A stretch of DNA of 64,000 bases from Faecousia sp. (GTDB taxonomy: Bacteria; Bacillota; Clostridia; Oscillospirales; Oscillospiraceae). The DNA is taken from NCBI GenBank assembly GCA_045632245.1, contig JAZQWI010000011.1, forward strand, positions 27,850-91,849. The letters are read 5' to 3'. The position numbers and the translations under genes were made by a program. The notes beneath the pieces are model-generated. The model ran no database searches and was not told the origin of the DNA. It was given only the letters and a program-made list of their open reading frames with translations. Position 1 is the stretch's first letter. The number at the start of each line of letters is the position of its first letter. Shown piece after piece: positions 40,822-50,538 of this stretch.

Positions 40822-41499
40822 TTACTCTTTGACGATAACCCACTTCCCGATCGTCCCCAAGTATTCCCATTTAACACGGCCCATGCCGGTCAAACGAATT
40901 TCATCAACAAGCAAATAACTTGTTCCTCCATCCGCAGAAAGCACCGCGCCCTGAGTTCCGATTCCGCTCACGCGAAGCGTTCCGTCTCTGTAACTAAGGC
41001 CGCTTTTTTCTACACCATCTTTCAAATCGCATAAGCTGAAAATAGACGAACAGTTGTTAATGTCGCCATCCACCCCGACGCTGCACACAACCCATAAATT
41101 ACCTTCATCGTCAGGCATTACAACGTCGAAATTACCATCAGCTATTTGAATGAACTCATTCTTGCCGACTGATTTCAGCTTTTGTGCAATCAAATTGATA
41201 ACCTGCACCAATTCGGCATTGATATACCACCTTCCATCCGATTCATAGATTCCTTGAAGGCGTCCGTTATCGGTTAACTTATTAAAAACATCCTGCTGGG
41301 TTTGTCCGTCAAGAGTTTCTTTCTTCATACTCTCCCATGCAGCGCTGTTCATATTTTGCTTATCAATATTTTGAAGCAAATACTGCATCTGCTCACTCAT
41401 TACCTTCACGTAATTCGTCAGCTGACGGATTTGCTCTTGCGGGCTCTCGTGCCCTGTAAAAGTAGGAAACTCTTCCAATGCTCTAAAATCCACTGACAT
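40822..41499 (-). CDS. Phage structural protein, hypothetical
   Basis: ORF with SD; N-terminal coiled coil then beta-rich region. Confidence 0.55.
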   Translation of the reverse strand: MSVDFRALEEFPTFTGHESPQEQIRQLTNYVKVMSEQMQYLLQNIDKQNMNSAAWESMKKETLDGQTQQDVFNKLTDNGRLQGIYESDGRWYINAELVQVINLIAQKLKSVGKNEFIQIADGNFDVVMPDDEGNLWVVCSVGVDGDINNCSSIFSLCDLKDGVEKSGLSYRDGTLRVSGIGTQGAVLSADGGTSYLLVDEIRLTGMGRVKWEYLGTIGKWVIVKE

Positions 41500-41519
41500 T
41501 TTTATCCTCCTATCCAAAG

Positions 41520-41551
41520 CGGGACCGGTCGTCAGACCGACCCCGCTTTTT
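41520..41551. terminator. Hairpin terminator after the lysis genes
   Basis: AAAGCGGG...CCCGCTTT inverted repeat. Confidence 0.55.
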
Positions 41552-41580
41552 GCGTTATCTCTTTTTATATCCTTAGAAGT

Positions 41581-41913
41581 TCACTTTTCTTTCAGGGCTT
41601 TCAGCTTGTCCCAGGCGGCCTTAAATTTATCAAAACCAAACATAGCGGCATAGCCAACAAACAGGCCAAGGACAACAGCACCGACCGCGTAGTACCACAT
41701 CACAGTAATTTCCAGCAATGAGCACAAGATAACCAAAGCCAAAACGGTAATGACCAGCGCCACAGCCACAACCACAAAATTCGTTGGAATCTTCGGGAAC
41801 AACCCCTTAATAACCTCTACAATGATAGTGGTGACAAAAACCAGCAGCGCCATCACCGCCATCAGAATGCTTCCATAATTAAAAATTGTGTTAACAATCG
41901 TTGTGTAATCCAT
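41581..41913 (-). CDS. Holin-like membrane protein
   Basis: Three TM segments, basic C-terminus, near the endolysin. Confidence 0.65.
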   Translation of the reverse strand: MDYTTIVNTIFNYGSILMAVMALLVFVTTIIVEVIKGLFPKIPTNFVVVAVALVITVLALVILCSLLEITVMWYYAVGAVVLGLFVGYAAMFGFDKFKAAWDKLKALKEK

Positions 41914-41924
41914 AAGTAACCTCC

Positions 41925-42251
41925 TTAAAAATGTTCCGTATCCAGTCGCAGCCTGTCCACCTGCTCCATAAGAGCATCGGCGTCTCCATTGCCGCCCAGA
42001 CCGTTATGATAAAGATCGTGCCAATGGTGCAGGGATCTGCGGTCTTCCAGAGAAATGCAGCCCTCAATAATATGTTGTTTGGCGCGTTCCTGAATAATAT
42101 ACAGCATCAAATATCTCAGTGCCTTGTTGCTGGCATCTGTCTTGCCGCTGCGTTTGTCGCGCCGATTAACAAAAAACTGTATCAGCGAGAAAATTCCGGT
42201 CACAATGGCCGCGCCGGCACTTCCGCCGATAATCGCAAGTATTACTTCCAA
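41925..42251 (-). CDS. Holin-like/lysis-associated protein
   Basis: TTG start after GGAGG, N-terminal TM, YHNGLGGNG motif. Confidence 0.6.
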   Translation of the reverse strand: MEVILAIIGGSAGAAIVTGIFSLIQFFVNRRDKRSGKTDASNKALRYLMLYIIQERAKQHIIEGCISLEDRRSLHHWHDLYHNGLGGNGDADALMEQVDRLRLDTEHF

Positions 42252-42262
42252 TTCCTCGCCTC

Positions 42263-43222
42263 CTAAGCCAAGCCGAGCAGCTTTGCCCATGTGGCAGGTC
42301 CACAGATGCCATCAGCAGCAAGCCTGTTATCATGCTGATAATTACACACGGCGATGTCTGTTGCACCGCCGAAATCGCCATCAGCGCCATAGCTGCCGCA
42401 AGTGTAGCCATAGCCAATCAAAAGGATTTGCATAGCCTTGACCGCCTCGCCCTTGCTTCCCTTGCTCAGTACAGGCAGTTCCAGCTTAAAGGTTTCAGCG
42501 GTTTCTTTTTCTTTCTCTGTGCGGATGGTGTTTGCATCCACCCAGCCATGCACATCAGAGCCGCCACCGGCAACCGCCTCAAGATGATATTGGTGAATGC
42601 CGTTCATCGCCACGGCTGTGATTTTCGCCTTGCCGGGCTTGCGCTCTACTCCGTCATTAGACCATGCGCTGGCGTAATGCTTGCCGCCATCGAAGTACAC
42701 ATCATAATCTGCCTCGGTAGCCTTGCTTGCATAGTTCGGGCAACCATAGCCGCGAATATATTTGCCATTGACTGCGATTGTTCGATATTCAACGGCGTTG
42801 TTTTTGTTCCCCTCAATAACAGTAATAATGCCATTTTCAACAGAAACCACAATGCCTACATGGGCAGGGGTGCCTTTGTTGTCACCCACGCCGTTGTCGC
42901 TCCAATCATAGAAGATCACATCGGCTGGCTTCGGTGTGTAGCTATCAAGCTCCTGCCAAGCGCCTAACTTCTTGAACAGGTTGACCATTTCACCGCAGCC
43001 ACATTCCGTTGGGAAAATATCGGTCAAACCACATTCGATGGAGATTGCTGACGCATAGGCCGCACACCACGCGTCGGTATAAGTGACCTTATATCCCCTA
43101 GCAAGAGGTTTGTGGCTGTTGTATAGGTCAATGATTTTACGATGGCTGCCATCAGATTCCTTGCAGCCAAAGTATTTTTTGGCAGTCGTTACGACCAAAT
43201 TTCTAAGTTGACTTTCAGTCAT
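42263..43222 (-). CDS. Endolysin (CHAP catalytic domain plus peptidoglycan-binding domain)
   Basis: AWCAAY, HVGIV, IEGN; C-terminal DGDFGGAT...DGICGPATW. Confidence 0.88.
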   Translation of the reverse strand: MTESQLRNLVVTTAKKYFGCKESDGSHRKIIDLYNSHKPLARGYKVTYTDAWCAAYASAISIECGLTDIFPTECGCGEMVNLFKKLGAWQELDSYTPKPADVIFYDWSDNGVGDNKGTPAHVGIVVSVENGIITVIEGNKNNAVEYRTIAVNGKYIRGYGCPNYASKATEADYDVYFDGGKHYASAWSNDGVERKPGKAKITAVAMNGIHQYHLEAVAGGGSDVHGWVDANTIRTEKEKETAETFKLELPVLSKGSKGEAVKAMQILLIGYGYTCGSYGADGDFGGATDIAVCNYQHDNRLAADGICGPATWAKLLGLA

Positions 43223-43574
43223 TCTCTATTGCCTCCAATTCGTTGATTTTATCTCGCAGGATTTGCCTCTCCGCGTGAAGCTCTTCCACATTATAGGGCA
43301 CGTCCGCCCCCAAGAGCCGGCACTCCGCACATTTAATAACTTTGTAATCCGTTGCCGAAAGCTGCGCCTTTAATTCCTGAATCTGCTGAGCCGCCGTTTT
43401 AGACGAGAAAGGAATATACATTAACACTTCCTCGTAATCTACATCCGCCCAAGCAAACTTAGTAATATTGTCAATCGGCTCAACACCCTCACGAATGACA
43501 ACCACAGGAATGAGCTGCCCTGCGGCCAGATCATACTCCGTAATTGTTTCATGCTTTGCATTGATTACTCTCAT
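43215..43574 (-). CDS. Phage protein, probable fibre-assembly chaperone
   Basis: LSATDYKVIK...RQILRDKINELE; downstream of the fibre. Confidence 0.5.
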   Translation of the reverse strand: MRVINAKHETITEYDLAAGQLIPVVVIREGVEPIDNITKFAWADVDYEEVLMYIPFSSKTAAQQIQELKAQLSATDYKVIKCAECRLLGADVPYNVEELHAERQILRDKINELEAIEND

Positions 43575-43586
43575 TTTCCTTCCTCC

Positions 43587-45689
43587 TTATTTCCACTTAC
43601 CAATGGCATAAATCATAAACTCCGCGTTAAAAGCCCCTCTCGATGCAGTATTTTTTACTCTTTGCCAGCCCGGATCGATAGTGTTCTGTCCACTTCGCAC
43701 ACCAAGCCAAATCATAGATGTCTGGCTCTGTCGGATATCGCAGAAAGAGGCCGGAACTTCCGCAAAAGCAAAAGGATATGCCGGCAGCGCGATGGCCTCG
43801 CTGGTATAAATATTATTCTGCTGCTCCGCGATGGAAAGCGTGGTGCTGTATAAACACCAGCACTCTGCAATGCCACTGGCCCACTTGCGATACGACCAAA
43901 CGCCGCTGGTGCCCTGATCAATGACATAGTCACCAACCCTCCGGCCGCCGATTTTCATATTTCCATCCTTGGTGATAACAAAAGCGTTCTGTCTTATTGT
44001 GGCTTGGTTTTCATTAACATAGCCGTTACCCAGTGTAAATAGAGCATCTGGATCATATGCATTATACATACCAAACACAATTTGATTATCTTCGTATGCT
44101 ATGGTCTGTATTCCAGCAGAAAAAGAGAGCTTTCCGTTCGCCTTAGCACCAAGACCAAAGGCAAACGATTTTTCGCCTGCCGCACTAGTTCTATCGCCGA
44201 GGGCAACAGATGCAACTCCATCCGCTATTGTATAATAACCAAACGCAAAAGAATGTGTTTGGTTTGCACTAGCCTTTTCACCGCCTGCAAAGGAATCATT
44301 GCCCTTCGCTATGCATTCAATGCCTATCGCCACAGAAGAGTCGCCGCGCGACTCACTACGTCTACCCTGCGCAAATGACCTATTTCCAATTGCTTTTGTA
44401 GCAGCGCCAATAGCGGTAGAATCCACACCCGACGCTTCAGAACCGCTTCCCGTTGCTATTGCGTCCTTTCCCGATGCAACAGTCTGCTCACCAAAGGTAA
44501 CGGCATTCTCTCCGCCTGCCACCGTTTTATGCCCAGCAGCAAAGGCCCTTTGCCCGGACGCTTTGCTTTGGTAACCTAGCACAACCGCGTTTCTTCCATC
44601 GGCTGTATTCTCCTCACCACTAACGAATGCATTTTGGGCATTGGGTGTAACCGTATTACGCAACCCAGTAGCAACGGCGCTATAAGCTTTCACCACATGG
44701 CCGCGACCAAGAGCAACGCCATACTTTTCGGTCACAGTGTTTTCACGACCCAAAGCCATCGAACTTCTTCCAGTTGCCTGATTGCCCTCACCAGCGGCAA
44801 ACGCGTACTTTCCGAAGTCAACAACGCCAGCATTAGGCTTTGCAGAAACATAAATGGCAAAGTCCTCAAAGTCCATCTCGGCAGGCTGCTTAATCTCAGC
44901 GAACGGAAGCTTGTCCACAGTGATAACATTTCCGTTAATGGCAGTAATAGTTGCACACTCAGGATGTATTCCGCCATTATCAATAGAAACTTTATCGCCA
45001 ATCGTCCACAGGGGCTCGCCCTCAAAAACTTCCTCAATCTGGGAAGTGGACAAGGTGATTTTGTTCTCTGCAAAGTCAATGTTGGAATAATAGTAGCCAA
45101 GCCGACCCACAACATTATCTTCGCCATATCCAAAAGCAGCCTCAGATAAGACACAATTGTTTTTTCCGCCCTGTGCGGAATATTCCCCCAAGCCGGATAC
45201 AACCGGCCCGCCCTCAGATCCGCAAAGAGAATCTCTCCATTCTTCATAGGTACCGTTAAACCCATGCTTTACAGCAAGACCGTAGGCCGTAATATAATAA
45301 AACCGCCCGCCACCACAGTCTCCGTCATCTTTGCCAAGGCTCTTCTCCGGAGCGTAGTATGTAAGAAACCAAGTAACAAACACCCCGTAAGCCTTGTTGA
45401 ACATTTCCATGGTGTTTTGGTACTTTTCATATTCACCGTTATAAAAATCGATTTGTGCCATAAGCCACAAATCATAAACACCGTCATAAGGAAAATCCAC
45501 CAGCGGCGTTATCTCCATTCCTGCTGGATAAGAATAGCTGAACTGCTCCACTTCCTCCGGCGACATCAAAAACACATCTGCCGCTATTTGCCCATCCAGC
45601 AAAGATAACCAGCGCAATTTCAAGCTGTCGGAGTAATTATTGAATTTTGCATCATTCACACGAGCGATGATGTCTTTTATCTTTGCCAT
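43587..45689 (-). CDS. Tail fibre/adhesin with YadA-head (Hep_Hag)-like repeats
   Basis: Many ~14-aa ASGxxSxAxG repeats; C-terminal YRKWASGIAECW domain. Confidence 0.8.
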   Translation of the reverse strand: MAKIKDIIARVNDAKFNNYSDSLKLRWLSLLDGQIAADVFLMSPEEVEQFSYSYPAGMEITPLVDFPYDGVYDLWLMAQIDFYNGEYEKYQNTMEMFNKAYGVFVTWFLTYYAPEKSLGKDDGDCGGGRFYYITAYGLAVKHGFNGTYEEWRDSLCGSEGGPVVSGLGEYSAQGGKNNCVLSEAAFGYGEDNVVGRLGYYYSNIDFAENKITLSTSQIEEVFEGEPLWTIGDKVSIDNGGIHPECATITAINGNVITVDKLPFAEIKQPAEMDFEDFAIYVSAKPNAGVVDFGKYAFAAGEGNQATGRSSMALGRENTVTEKYGVALGRGHVVKAYSAVATGLRNTVTPNAQNAFVSGEENTADGRNAVVLGYQSKASGQRAFAAGHKTVAGGENAVTFGEQTVASGKDAIATGSGSEASGVDSTAIGAATKAIGNRSFAQGRRSESRGDSSVAIGIECIAKGNDSFAGGEKASANQTHSFAFGYYTIADGVASVALGDRTSAAGEKSFAFGLGAKANGKLSFSAGIQTIAYEDNQIVFGMYNAYDPDALFTLGNGYVNENQATIRQNAFVITKDGNMKIGGRRVGDYVIDQGTSGVWSYRKWASGIAECWCLYSTTLSIAEQQNNIYTSEAIALPAYPFAFAEVPASFCDIRQSQTSMIWLGVRSGQNTIDPGWQRVKNTASRGAFNAEFMIYAIGKWK

Positions 45690-45767
45690 GCTTCCTCCTT
45701 TATGCAACATGCGGCGCAGGCGTTACGCCTACGCCGCACTGGCAAACAATTATTTATCTACCTCTGA

Positions 45768-46787
45768 TTAGGCATCCAACTGTGCGCCGCCGGCAAAGCC
45801 ACCCAGAGCAAAGCAACGCCAATCATTGAAGGTACCCATGAATCGGGCATAGCCTTCCCATGTGTTCAGGTTGATATGAGGAGTGGAGGACAAAATATCC
45901 AACTCTTCTCTGTCATTCCAAACTGCGCCGCCAATAGTCTGGTTCAGCTTGCTGTCCATCAGGATCCAAGGTGCAGTGTTGGCACCGAGGAACTGATTGA
46001 AGTAGGGGTTGCAAATCACGTTCCAACGGCCGTACTGGTAGTTGAAAGCATTCTTTGCATCGGTGGGGTCATCGGGAGAGCCGATGGCCTCAAACACCTT
46101 TCTGCGCAACTTCGCGTTCAGAGGAATCACAATGGTGTCGGGCTTTACAGCCGTCAGTTCGCCATTGTCGCCCTTAAACAGCTGCATGCGTTCCTCCATC
46201 ATGTCCAGCGCATCCAAACTGAACTCATCAGCAAAGCAGTTGCACTGCTGCAGCTTCTTGTCGTTCTGATCCAGCACACTGGGGTGCGCCTTATGAAACA
46301 AGGGCAGCTTGTCCGCAGCAGAGATGTCAAAGGTCTTACCCTTTGCACCGAACTTAATGCTGGACTGACCCTTCATAGCGCCGGCATAGATAGCTGCGCC
46401 CAGATTCTCACGGGTGCGGTGATATGCGGTGATGAACTTCAAAGGATCGCCATTCAGGTTCATCAGGCGAGCATCCTTAATCATCTCACGGGAGATGTTG
46501 AAGCTCTGGGTGAAGCTTTCGTAAACAATCATCTTGCTGAAGCCTTCACGGAAGGAAGTGCTGGGAATAGCGCCGCCTTCGCCGGTGGGTTCCCAGTCGT
46601 CCATAGCGGTGGCGCTGGTCAGAAGGTCAGCAAAATTTTCAGAAGTGCCCATCAGGAACAGTTCGGAAAGCAGGCTTTCCTTCTGCAGCTCCTCGTCACG
46701 TTCTTCCAGGAACATCTGCACAGGCGCCTGAACTTTGCCATAAATGCTATCGGCAACGCCGCTAGCTTCGGTAAATGTAATAGCCAT
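45768..46787 (-). CDS. Major capsid protein
   Basis: 339 aa after scaffold and decoration genes; PDTIVIP, WILMDS, FNDWR motifs. Confidence 0.78.
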   Translation of the reverse strand: MAITFTEASGVADSIYGKVQAPVQMFLEERDEELQKESLLSELFLMGTSENFADLLTSATAMDDWEPTGEGGAIPSTSFREGFSKMIVYESFTQSFNISREMIKDARLMNLNGDPLKFITAYHRTRENLGAAIYAGAMKGQSSIKFGAKGKTFDISAADKLPLFHKAHPSVLDQNDKKLQQCNCFADEFSLDALDMMEERMQLFKGDNGELTAVKPDTIVIPLNAKLRRKVFEAIGSPDDPTDAKNAFNYQYGRWNVICNPYFNQFLGANTAPWILMDSKLNQTIGGAVWNDREELDILSSTPHINLNTWEGYARFMGTFNDWRCFALGGFAGGAQLDA

Positions 46788-46810
46788 TTCTTAATCTCCT
46801 TTTCTCGTTA

Positions 46811-47206
46811 TTACAGCCAACGGCCGCGGACCTTGTCGCCTTCGGCATTGCCTGCCAAGGAAACAAGCTCAAAAGTGCCGGTATTGCCGTCGGTATATTC
46901 CACCTGAGTGCCGCCAGCGGCAACCTGCACCTTAGAACCCACCTTGGCATCAGCCGCGCCGGCTGCCAATGTGGTTTCATAAATATTACTCTTGCTCACT
47001 CTGGTAACGGGCAACTCTCCGCCCGCCACCACGGTTTTCTCTGCCTCGCAGATATATTCGGGGGTAGTAGCTCTTGCATCCACAATGGCGGTCAACTTGC
47101 CGTCCACCACAGTCAATGCCTGGCCAACATGATAGGTGCCGTCGGCTGCTTCCATGTACTCATAGGGAAGCACCGTACCGGTGTCACTTACTTTCTGACG
47201 AAACAT
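46811..47206 (-). CDS. Capsid decoration/cement-like protein
   Basis: Small beta-rich ORF between scaffold and capsid. Confidence 0.55.
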   Translation of the reverse strand: MFRQKVSDTGTVLPYEYMEAADGTYHVGQALTVVDGKLTAIVDARATTPEYICEAEKTVVAGGELPVTRVSKSNIYETTLAAGAADAKVGSKVQVAAGGTQVEYTDGNTGTFELVSLAGNAEGDKVRGRWL

Positions 47207-47208
47207 AA

Positions 47209-48201
47209 TTATCCTCCTTGTTTCTTTTTCAAATATTTCGCATAGTTCGCTTGAATCTCCGCATCGGAAGCCTTAGGATTCAACTTGCGGTAATTCGCGA
47301 GTACGTCGCTGGGCACGGTGACCGCGCCTTCTCCGCGACTTGCGACTGGAACCAAGTGTTCCTTGCTTCTGGCAAGCGTTTGCGCTTCTTGCCGCGCCAG
47401 CTCTGCCCTCCGGCCTACAACCTGGTCAAAATTCACCAGCTTATACGCATCTGCAAGGTTACCAACTCGCTGCACAGCAGCGTAGAACTCCTTGGAATTT
47501 GGCATATTCAGCAGATCCTCAACCTTTGTAATGCTGGGATCCATTTTCTGAATTTCAGCAATCTGCTCCGCCACCTTTGTTTGCATTTCCTTCTGAGCCG
47601 CTTGCTCTTGCGCCTCCTTGTCGGCAAGCGCCTTCGCTTCTGCTGCTTGCTCCGCAGCCTTGACCGCGGGATGCTGGGAAATAACTGCATTCAAACCTTC
47701 CTGTGTCAGCTTGCCGGAGGCAAGATCATTCTCCAATTTCTTGATTGCCTGCGACTGCTGATAAGCGCCGAATTGCTCCATGGTAGTAATCGGCTCACCG
47801 CTAACAGGGTCTTTTAACCCCAATTTTTCAAAAAGGTCTTTCAGCTGGGTGGCGTTCTTTTCCTGTTCCGCTTGAACAGCCGCGTTAATGGCATTCTGCT
47901 GCTCCTCGCGACGGCGTCGGGCAGCATTTTCTTTTCTCTGCTCTTCGGTTAAAGGGGTCGGATTTCCCCCTCCGTTTCCCTCGGGCGGTGCCCCCTGAGA
48001 AGCGGGCGCGACCGGATCCTGCCCGGCAGGGGCGGCGGGCTCCTGCACTTGTGCGCCTGTATTCGGTACAGCCGGTTCTGTATTTGCTCCGGAAGCAGGG
48101 GCGGCGGGCTCCTGCACTCTTCCGCCTAATCCCAGAGCCTTAAATGCATCTTGTTCAGTAATTTCTCTACCCATGTAATTCCTCTCCATGGCCTTTGCCA
48201 T
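47209..48201 (-). CDS. Capsid scaffolding protein
   Basis: Pro/Ala N-terminus, coiled coil, SKEHL motif; position after portal. Confidence 0.7.
   Translation of the reverse strand: MAKAMERNYMGREITEQDAFKALGLGGRVQEPAAPASGANTEPAVPNTGAQVQEPAAPAGQDPVAPASQGAPPEGNGGGNPTPLTEEQRKENAARRRREEQQNAINAAVQAEQEKNATQLKDLFEKLGLKDPVSGEPITTMEQFGAYQQSQAIKKLENDLASGKLTQEGLNAVISQHPAVKAAEQAAEAKALADKEAQEQAAQKEMQTKVAEQIAEIQKMDPSITKVEDLLNMPNSKEFYAAVQRVGNLADAYKLVNFDQVVGRRAELARQEAQTLARSKEHLVPVASRGEGAVTVPSDVLANYRKLNPKASDAEIQANYAKYLKKKQGG
48026..48118. repeat. 24-bp direct repeat in the scaffold gene (VQEPAAPA twice)
   Basis: GCAGGGGCGGCGGGCTCCTGCACT at 48026 and 48095. Confidence 0.8.
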
Positions 48202-48262
48202 TTGATTTTCCCGCTATTCATTGCGTATGTTTGCCGGTCTCTCCCGACTGTCCAACCAGCAA

Positions 48263-48403
48263 TTACTTGCCGGTCTTGCCAGTGCGAAGATCCTTGCCCT
48301 TCTTCACCTTAGGGGTGGGGTTCTCCTTGACCTGGTTAGGCGCCTTCACGTTCATGGTTGCGCTGTTGGGGATCTGGCCAACATATCCACTCATTTTCTT
48401 CAT
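48263..48403 (-). CDS. 46-aa basic phage protein (below ORF-track cutoff)
   Basis: AAGGAGG SD; MKKMSGYVGQIPNSATMNVKAP...KGKDLRTGKTGK. Confidence 0.7.
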   Translation of the reverse strand: MKKMSGYVGQIPNSATMNVKAPNQVKENPTPKVKKGKDLRTGKTGK

Positions 48404-48451
48404 GGTCTGTCACCTCCTTTCAGATTCACAACTGATTGAGAATTTGCCCTT

Positions 48452-50491
48452 TTAGGGCATTGGCATCCCACTACCACCGAGTAGCTGTGCCGCATTTTCG
48501 GCGCCAGCCCGCTGAGCAGCAGCCGCTTGTGCCTGTTCTTTCTCCTTTTGGTATCGTTCTTCAATATTCTTTTTGATGGCATCGGCCAACGGGTAATGAT
48601 TCAGTTCCAGCATCTCCCATAACAAGATTTGCGCTTCCGTGCTGGAGGGATTTCCAAAAGCACCTCTTTGGAAGTTCATAAAGATTTCTTGCCACATAGC
48701 TTCTCTGTTGCTTGCCAGCGGAGCCGCAGTATCGCAAGAGAACAAAAAGCGATCATTGTAGTGCCACTCGCCGCTCTCATCCTGTTCGAGGAAGTCATAA
48801 CGGTTAAATTCTTCATACACGGTTTCGCCCTTGAAATTTTTATAGCTCACAGAGCGCGGCTCATCCGAATACGCCAAGGCGAATTTAAACATGATCTCAA
48901 AAATTTTCGCGTATGCGGCATTTTTCATAACACGCTTGCTTTCTAAGCGTCCTGCTGCGCGCGCTGCCGAAAACTCCTTAGCCTTTCCAGACGTTGCCGT
49001 AGCATCATGACGTCCTTGGAAAGAATCAGTAATGCCCAATATTTGTCGGGATTCTTCATACGCTTGATTCAGGTAAACCATCTCATATTGCAGATTCCCC
49101 TTGAACTCATACACACCAATCATGTTCTTATCAGCAGGATTCTCCACCCGCCACACTTCGCCGTCCTTAGAGCTGGTTCTGTAATTCGCCTTGTTGGGAA
49201 GCGTAACCTTTGTGCCTGCATTGCAAAGCCGTTCCAGGATCTTCTTTTCCATACGGTTGACCGTGTTCTGCTGCGTCTCGATCTGATCCACGTCAGAATT
49301 GCCGAGAAGCTGTCCATACACGCTAACGCTCTTTTGCAGGACAACAGGAAAAACGTTCGGGATATAAAACGGAATTTTTGTTGGCACCAGCTTTTGCACA
49401 CCGTCCACAGTTTCCATGTGCTCACCGGGAATCAGGACGCCGCCGGGAGATTGCATAGGAATATAAATCTCTTGATATTTCTGTTCCCGCTTCTCGAAAT
49501 CCTTTCCGCCACACCACGGGCAATCACCGCCATCATAGACAGTCTGGTGTGTTTCCCGCACTGTTGTAACACTATCGCCTTCCAGCTCTTCCGGCAAAAG
49601 TCCACCCTGTAACCCCCGCTCTGGAACGGGGAGTAGGTTGCCAAATCCAAAGGTTTCTGTTTGGATTTTCTCACCTACATTAGGTTGCTGACGTCCGCAG
49701 TTTTTACAAACAGACAGCCGCCTCGCCTGATAGTTCTCTACGTATTCCAAAGTAATATCATTTACCCAGCAATACCTATCAATGCCGCCCGAAGTATTTC
49801 GCTCATAACCCACATACAGAGTCACCGCATCTTCCGCACTGATGTCAGCCTTTTTACCACGAACACTCGGCTCCGATTCATTCTCTTCGCTCACATCAAT
49901 ACCGTACTTCCGCTTAATAGCCCCCTTTGTTGTGGGGACCTTCAAGATGAACCAATCCATATCCTCAATGTCGGTATATACACCAGGCTGCGGGCCAAAC
50001 TGCTTCGGGTGAGCTACACTAACCGCCAACTCACCCACCGTATCGTAGCTCGCTTGGCTGTTGTCCCATTCCACCTGATAACCAACGCCACCTTGCATAG
50101 GCACTGTGCGTTCTGCGAGATCGTTAATCCGCTCAAAAGGAAGGCGATCCATTTCATTTCGCAACCAATGTTCAATAATGTTCGCCAAATGCTCATCCTC
50201 TTTCCGGCGCGGCGTCACCTTGGGTGCCGGGAGGGAACTGGAGATCTGCGTTTCAATGTTTTCAAAAACGATATTTCGAACATGGGGGGTTGTCATGTCC
50301 TTTTCGTCATCTTCCACAACTGGCTTCAGCTTATTTGTGCCGTTGTAAAGATCCTCGCGGCGCCCCATCTTGGAAAGTTCACCGCTATATCCCAAATCAC
50401 TGGCGTTAAGTCTTTCTTGCCACAGCGCCAACTTTTCATTATCGGCAGCATTAACAGACCGTTCCGCCTTGGTTTTTTTGCCCATAGCCAT
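48452..50491 (-). CDS. Portal protein (P22-like) with zinc-ribbon insert
   Basis: Follows TerL; RNIVFENIETQI, GITDSFQGR motifs. Confidence 0.82.
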   Translation of the reverse strand: MAMGKKTKAERSVNAADNEKLALWQERLNASDLGYSGELSKMGRREDLYNGTNKLKPVVEDDEKDMTTPHVRNIVFENIETQISSSLPAPKVTPRRKEDEHLANIIEHWLRNEMDRLPFERINDLAERTVPMQGGVGYQVEWDNSQASYDTVGELAVSVAHPKQFGPQPGVYTDIEDMDWFILKVPTTKGAIKRKYGIDVSEENESEPSVRGKKADISAEDAVTLYVGYERNTSGGIDRYCWVNDITLEYVENYQARRLSVCKNCGRQQPNVGEKIQTETFGFGNLLPVPERGLQGGLLPEELEGDSVTTVRETHQTVYDGGDCPWCGGKDFEKREQKYQEIYIPMQSPGGVLIPGEHMETVDGVQKLVPTKIPFYIPNVFPVVLQKSVSVYGQLLGNSDVDQIETQQNTVNRMEKKILERLCNAGTKVTLPNKANYRTSSKDGEVWRVENPADKNMIGVYEFKGNLQYEMVYLNQAYEESRQILGITDSFQGRHDATATSGKAKEFSAARAAGRLESKRVMKNAAYAKIFEIMFKFALAYSDEPRSVSYKNFKGETVYEEFNRYDFLEQDESGEWHYNDRFLFSCDTAAPLASNREAMWQEIFMNFQRGAFGNPSSTEAQILLWEMLELNHYPLADAIKKNIEERYQKEKEQAQAAAAQRAGAENAAQLLGGSGMPMP

Positions 50492-50538
50492 TCCTTTTTT
50501 CTAACGTTACCCGTCGTTGCGGTTTATTTCTTATAATC

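Noticed and set aside
43587-43900. Tail fibre as a DGR target
   Set aside because: No CVSPSG...GVRP segment or TR-like DNA seen by eye; a full alignment was not run
48026-48118. 24-bp direct repeat as a regulatory or CRISPR-like repeat
   Set aside because: Only two copies, in frame, encoding a disordered scaffold repeat
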